Below are positions 58,122-64,000 of a stretch of DNA of 64,000 bases, piece after piece; within the stretch, counting starts at the first letter, position 1; every line of letters begins with the position of its first letter. A program made the translations under genes and the position numbers. A model generated the notes under the pieces. The model did not search any database and was not told where the DNA came from. It worked only from the letters and a program-made list of their open reading frames with translations. Location of the stretch: assembly GCA_963825065.1 (NCBI GenBank), contig CAWGRU010000016.1, positions 41,732 to 105,731 of the forward strand. The letters run 5' to 3'. The stretch is from an uncultured Gemmatimonadales bacterium (GTDB lineage Bacteria; Gemmatimonadota; Gemmatimonadetes; Gemmatimonadales; GWC2-71-9).

Positions 58122-59678
58122 TCAGTTCCCCAGCGGAGTGGAGCCGGTATAGTCGAGCACCGGGCAGGCGTTGGGGTCGTTCGGGTTGCGGCCGTTCGGC
58201 GCGACCACGGGCATGTTCGGATTGGTGTTGGTCTCGGTCAGCCCGTAGGGCATCCGTCCCGGCACCGGCGTCGTTCCCGGCACGTTGCTTCCCCCCGGCG
58301 GTGCCGGGGCCAGCGCGGGGAGACAGGTACGCTTGTAGTCGTTCCACACCTCGAGATTGAGAAAAAGGGAGAGGTACTTCTCCTCCATGATGTTCTGGAG
58401 CGTGGCCGGGACCGGCGCCAGCGGTGGAAAGGTGACCACCTGCCCGCTCTGGGACCCGTACACCCGGGTGGCGCGTACCGCATCCAGATAGGGTTGTGCG
58501 ACGCCCTGGCCACCAGTCTGGAAGGCAGCCTCCGCCCCGATGAGTTGGGTCTCCGTCCAGGTGATGATCGGGTGCCGGAAGTCCCCCGGCGCCCCGAAGA
58601 CGAAGGGGTCGATGAACGTGAACCCGGCGTAGTTGCCGCCGGGCGCGGTGCCGTTGTAGACACCGGACGCGGTGAGCAGGTCGATGGCCCCGCCGGGCCG
58701 GAAGCCGAAGAAGTCGGCCGGCGTCGTCCCGCCGTTGCCTGACAGGAAGTAGAAGTTGAGCCGGGCATCGTCCTCGAGCCCCGCGTTGATCCGGCGCTTG
58801 AGGATCTCGATGATCGCCGCCCCCGGGGCGATGTCGCCCCGGGTCGCCTGGAACTGCCACCAGACGCTCTGACCAGTCGGCGACTGGTCGTGGAACCAGA
58901 GCATGTCGTTCGCGGGCGAACTGATCCCGAGCGGTACCTCCGCCAGCGCCCGGGCGTAGTTGGTCGGGTCAACCTCGGCGAGGTGCATGTAGAACCGCGC
59001 CTTGAGCGAGTGCGCCACCTCCGTGTACACCTGGGCGAGCTGCGCCGCGTTCAGGCCCGCGTAGATGACTTCCGCACCGTCTCTCGGCGGTCCGGTGTTG
59101 GTGCCGCCCGGCTGGGCCGCGAGATACACGGTGATTGCCGAATCGAGCTGGGCCAGCACGTCCTGGTAGATCTGGAGCTGGGGATCGAAGTTCGGGGTGC
59201 GGATGTTCGAGTCCGCCGCCTCCCGGTAGGGGATGTCGCCCCAGATGTCGGCCGCGGTCCCCATGACGAGCGCTTCCCACACCTTGGCGATCCCGAGATA
59301 GAGGGAATCTTCAGGCGCGGGCCAGCTGCTGGGTCTTGCGGATGTCGAGCAGGCCGCCACCGCCGGTCAGGGTGCGGGCGGAGCCGTAGACCGCGTTGAA
59401 GTAGGTGTCCAGATCCGCGGGCGCGCTGTTGCCGCGGTCGTACCCGATCTGCTGCCGCCCTCGCCCGCGATCTGCTGCATGTACATGGGGCGTTCCGGGC
59501 CAGCTGACCTTCGAACTGCACCGACTGCAGCGCCTCGATCGCGGTGAGCAGCGGCCCGGGGCTTGGACAATTCAGTGGTTGTTGGGATCTGGTCGATGCC
59601 GTGCCCGGTGAGGAAGTTGCAGCCGCGGCGGACGAGGATCGTCCGGCCGCGCAAGACCAGCGACGTAGCGCGTGTCAT
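58122..59678 (-). pseudogene. susD: SusD/RagB family outer-membrane lipoprotein; 5' third broken by several indels
   Basis: WGDIPYREA, ARFYMHL, TETQLIGAEA, IMEEKYLSLF..EVWNDYKRT, PGRMPY. The N-terminus (start 59678, GCNF) is split over several frames. Confidence 0.75.
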
Positions 59679-59686
59679 GGCTCACC

Positions 59687-62600
59687 TCACCGGTTCAGGG
59701 TGAGTGAGAAGATGAACGACCGCGTCTGCGGGTTGTTGAAGTAATCGATCCCCGCGCAGCGCGACGCCGACCAAGCAACGGAGGTCTCGGGATCGATGCC
59801 GGTGTACTCGTCCAGGTGTGCAGGTTCCGCCGGCCACCCGCATCTCGATGTGTTGAATCCGAGGCCGGCCATCACCCAGGGCTCGTCGAGGAGTATCCGA
59901 CGGAGATCTCGCGGAGCTTGACGAAGCTCGCGTCCTCGAGGAACTGGGACAGTTGCCCGTTGAACATGCCGCCCGCTCCGGTGAACCATGCCTCGTCGAG
60001 CGGTACCGCCATGCCGGCGCCGGGACCGGCGACCTTCTGTCTCTTGAAGTAGTCGGTGCCGAAGATGTAGTTGCCGCCGTCGCGCAGCACTGCGATTCCT
60101 TCGAGGTGCCGAAGTGCAGCAGCGCACCGCGGGTGCCGTTGTACGCACTGCCGCCATGGCGGATGTCCAGCAGGCCGCCGAGGTGAGCTTCTTCCAGCGG
60201 AACGACGGCCGGATCGAGCCGGTCCAGCGGGGTTCGGATCGCCGATCATGTAGTTGCTTCGACGTCGTCCTTCATCGGATAGCCGTGCAGCCGATGTACA
60301 GCGCACCCTCGGGGGCGCCCTGACACTGGCCCGCGACGTTGTCGATGTCGACGTAGTTGAGCTGCACTCCGCGGCCGCAGCGCACGAAGTCGGTCCTACA
60401 GAACACCCCCAGCGGCTGCCCCTTGATGGCGACCGCCTGGATGCCGGTGAGCCCGTTGGTGCCTCCCGGAGAATGGCAGCGGCGCGAACGTCACCCCGGC
60501 GAGGTCCAGCACCTTGCTGCGGTTGCGGGCCCACTGCAGACCCAGATCGACGCTGACGTCCCGGCTGCTGAGGGGACGGATGTTGAACGCGACCTCCCAG
60601 CCGAAGATTGCGGAGGCTCGCCGCGTTGGTGGGCTTCTCGGTGTAGCCGGTGCTGCCAGCAACCGGCAGGTTGAGGATCACGTCGGAGGAGAAGGAGCGG
60701 TAATGGGTGAGGCTCAGATCCGCCTTGTCACGCCACAGTCCGACGTCGAATCCCCTCTCGAACTCCTTGACCCGCTCCGGCCCGAGTTCCTTGGTAGGCA
60801 GGTTGAAGCTGGTGATCAGACCGCCGGAGCCATTCTGGCCGCTGCCGATCGCGGGGCCCCAGCCGCCGTCATTGCCGTCGACCGCGATGAACACGCTGGG
60901 CAGCAGGTATGGCGCCGGCTGGGTACCGCTCTGGCCGTAGGCCGCGCGCAGCTTGCCGTAGGTGAGCAGCCGGTCTTCGCCGACCGCGCCCCGGTAGAAC
61001 GTCCACGCCGCCGTGGCATTGGGATACCATGCCCGACGCTTGGCCGCGCCGAACGTCGACCCGCCGTCGTTGCGGATGCCCGCCTTCAGGAACAGCTGGT
61101 CGCTGATGTCGGCGGTGACCTGCGCGAAGTACGACTCCAGCCGCACCGTCGAGCGGAAGTCGTAGGGGCCCTGCCGGGCCGCGGTGTTGGTCAGGTTGAA
61201 CGGCTTGGGCGCGATCAGCCCCACGCCGACCACCTGGCGGCTCTGGTAGTCCTGCACGTTGAGGTTCTGCCCATCAGCGTCACCGAGCCGGCCAGCCGGG
61301 AAGCCAGCCGGAACTTGGCGGTCGCGAGCAGGTTGTGGTCGAGCTGCGAGGTCTTGATGTACCCGGCGTTGACTCCCCCGATGCCGGTGACGCCGGCGAT
61401 CGTGGTGTTCGACGTGCTCCAGGGATACCCCTGCAGGCGTTCGTCGTTGGCGTAGTCGTACCCCAGGGTGTGGCTGAAGCTGAGCCACGGCGTCGCGGTG
61501 AAGTCGGTGGTGACACCGCCGAGCACCCGGCCGACGTTGGTCGTCGAGGGTGCCTCGTTGGCCACGAAGAACGGATTGTCGTAGCGGCGGCCGGTCTGTT
61601 CCGACCCGACACCGGGGTTGGGGAAGCGGTAGCTGCGCTGCAGGCCGGTCGCCGGATCGAGATACGGGTGATTGTTGAACGTGGGCGGTGTGCGCCAGGC
61701 GCCGAGCAGGAGGCCGTCGGTGCTGTTGCGGCTGACGACGGCGCCGCCCTGGCCGTCGATGTAGGCCATGTTGGCGCTGAGCTTCAGGTTGTCGAAGACC
61801 CGGTGGCTCCCGTTGAACCGCACCGAGATGCGCCGGTAGCTGTTGTTGGGGCCGGTGATGATGCCCCGGTCGTTGCTGTACTCGCCGGAGAGATAGAACG
61901 TCGTCCGCTCGGTGCCGCCGGAGATCGTCAGGGCATTGTCGAGGGTGTAGCCGTCCTGGAACATCTCCCCCGCGTGGTCGTAGGTCGGCGTCCCGCTGGC
62001 CAGCAGCGGTCCCCAGCTTCCCGCCTGCCCGAATCCCACCGCGCAGTTGGTGGGGCCGCCGGGCACGCAGGCCGGCGACACGCCGCCCGTGCCCAGCCCG
62101 TACTTCCGCTGCAGATCGGGCAGCTTGGCGTGGGCATCCACCGAGACGGAGGATCGCAGCGAGTAGCGCGTGGCCCCGGGCCGCCCTCGCTTGGTGGTGA
62201 TGAGGATGACGCCCTGCCCCGCCCGTGAACCGTAGATGCTGCCCGAGGCGGCGCCCTTCAGAATCTCCACGTTCTCGATGTCGTTCGGGTTGATGTCGAT
62301 GGCACGGTTGGGCGGGGCCGAGCTGCTATTGAGCGACCCCGACGCCGGGTTGTTGTAGGAGATCGAGTTGTCGACCGGTATGCCGTCCACCACCAGCAGC
62401 GGCTGCCCGTCCTGCGCGCTGATCGTGGTGAGCCCGCGGATCTGAATGAACGACGAGGCGCCCGGATCGCCCGAGGTCGAGGTGACCACGACCCCCGGCG
62501 CCTTGGCCGAGAGCGCGGTCGAGAAGTTCTGCTCGCCGCTGTTGATCACCGTGCTCGAATCCACGTAGCTCCGCACGGTGCCGAGCTTCTCGACCTCGGA

Positions 62601-62976
62601 GACGGTCCCCGCTCCGGTGACGACGATTTCGCCGAGTTGCAGGGGATTGGCCGCGAGGGAAAAATCCCGGGCTGATGTCACCGGCCACGAGGGTGATCGT
62701 CGTGACCTGCGGCTTGTACCCGATCAGCCGCGCCATGAGAGTGACGGTATCACCGGTGAGGCGAGCCGCCGGCAGCAGGATGGTGTACCGCCCGTCGCCC
62801 CGGGTCACCGAACCGACCCCGAGCCGCGCGATGATCACGGTCGCCTGCGCGAGCGGCTCGCCGTCCTGCGAGGTGACTCGGCCCGAGATGGCGGCCTGCT
62901 GCTGGGCCTGGAGCCCGGCGCCCCATCCGAGCCCCATGATCGCCATGGTCACACACCAACGACGTTCTGGTCGCAT
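59687..62976 (-). pseudogene. susC: SusC/RagA family TonB-dependent receptor with multiple frameshifts
   Basis: AGGAG SD, signal peptide, CarboxypepD-like N-terminus, DIENVEILKGAASGSIYGSRAGQGVILITTK signature, C-terminal ..IDYFNNPQTRSFIFSLTLNR. At least seven frame changes (~62665, ~61272, and several between 59870 and 60630). Confidence 0.82.
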
Positions 62977-63008
62977 AGCTCCTCCTGGGTGGTGAGAGGG
63001 GGCGGGGG

Positions 63009-63644
63009 TCACCCGCCCCGTGGATCGAAGCGATAGCCGAGATAGTGCGAGGTCCGGATGTGGCGCGGGCGGGCGGGATCGTCCTCCAGCTTCCGCCGGA
63101 GCCGGGCGATGTGAGTATCGATGGCCCGCGACCGCAGTCGCACCTCCGGGCCCCACACCTCCGCCGCGAGGTCGGCGCGGCTCACGATCACCCCCGGCTG
63201 GCGGATGAGCGCGTACAGCAGGCGGAACTCCGTCCGGGTCACCTGCACCCGCACGCCGCCGCGGCGGATGATTTGCGTGGTCAGCTCCACTTCGACGCTG
63301 CCGAAGCGCGCCACGCTCTCCCGTTGTGCCGGCTCCGACCGCCTGCGCAGCCACGTCACCACTTCTTCCAGTCGACGGACCAGCTCCCCGAGTTCACCCG
63401 GGTCGGTCGCACTCGGCCCTCCCTCGGGCAGGGCGGGCGCGGGATCGGGTCGAATCAGTCGGAACGAAGGGGCGAGCAGCGCGGCGGTGCCGTTCGTCTG
63501 GAAATCCAAGGCGAACCTCCGTCGAGTGCCGAGGTCACGGTATCGCGGAGCGGGGGGAGCGGTGAACGACTTGGGGACGACCTGCATCGCTGGAGGGACG
63601 AACCGCACGAATTCGAGGCTCTGAGTCGCGCCCTCGGTCGGCAC
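63009..63644 (-). CDS. OmpR/PhoB-type winged-helix DNA-binding protein without a recognisable receiver domain (start uncertain)
   Basis: TRTEFRLL..L, VSRADL..EVWG, RAIDTHIARLRRKLE, IRT...GYRF. Confidence 0.78.
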   Translation of the reverse strand: MPTEGATQSLEFVRFVPPAMQVVPKSFTAPPAPRYRDLGTRRRFALDFQTNGTAALLAPSFRLIRPDPAPALPEGGPSATDPGELGELVRRLEEVVTWLRRRSEPAQRESVARFGSVEVELTTQIIRRGGVRVQVTRTEFRLLYALIRQPGVIVSRADLAAEVWGPEVRLRSRAIDTHIARLRRKLEDDPARPRHIRTSHYLGYRFDPRGG

Positions 63645-63772
63645 CGGGGCGCACGCGGTTCGCCCCTGCGGGAACGCGGTTCATCCCGCATCCGTTGGCG
63701 AGCGGGCGCCGCCTTCCAATGATGGCCCTGCCGGCGAGATGACCGGCACGAACTCATCGATGGGAGGACCGT

Positions 63773-64000
63773 ATGTCTGCGCTGAGACTCGCCCGCTGGA
63801 GCACGCCCCTTCTGCTGGCCGGCAGCACCGCCTGCGCGCTGGCCCGGCCGGAGCGGACCTACCTCGACCACGTACGCGCCCCGGGCCCGCTGCCGGCGCG
63901 CCTCGATGCCGCGGTCCGCGATTTCGCCCGCCAGGGCTTCGCGGGCACGGTGCTCGTCGCGCGCGGTAACCGGGTGCTGCTCTACCAGGGGTACGGAGAC
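63773..64000 (+). CDS. Serine hydrolase / beta-lactamase-like lipoprotein (3' truncated by window edge); not in the ORF track
   Basis: GGAGG SD. MSALRLARWSTPLLLAGSTA-C lipobox, then LDAAVRDFARQGFAGTVLVARGNRVLLYQGYG, a typical N-terminus of this family. Confidence 0.72.
   Translation, partial: MSALRLARWSTPLLLAGSTACALARPERTYLDHVRAPGPLPARLDAAVRDFARQGFAGTVLVARGNRVLLYQGYGD

Overview
A 64 kb stretch of high-GC chromosome. It is most likely Gemmatimonadota: a SusC/SusD pair, an FCB-type short sigma70 and a BamA-TamB operon sit in a high-GC background (inference, no database search was run). About 53 protein-coding genes were found and no tRNA, rRNA, CRISPR array, integrase or IS element. The content is mostly core: lgt, a cytochrome c-FTR1 iron permease, an 11-gene minus-strand envelope operon (bamA-like, tamB-like, lipid kinase, two-component pair, NlpC/P60, HAD, CYTH, acpS), dacB, sixA, pduO-aroB, a sigma factor, glcDEF, an AAA+/vWA pair, proteases, a GH20 and a Ser/Thr kinase. 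One lower-GC four-gene cassette matches the gamma-glutamylation route for ethanolamine. The most notable observations are: (1) exported proteins, and a missed 55-aa lipoprotein, are strongly enriched in D-(S/T)-(A/I/L/M/T/V), the Bacteroidota O-glycosylation sequon; (2) a missed 54-aa 4xCxxC microprotein lies directly behind an NtrC-like regulator that lacks GAFTGA and the Walker B Asp; (3) many transcription units start with TANNNT 5-8 nt before the start codon and no SD (leaderless signature); (4) there are a Fur-like box, a CIRCE-like box and a shared TTGACnAYGTGRT promoter motif. Several genes (nlpC, glcD, susC, susD) carry small indels that look more like assembly errors than decay.
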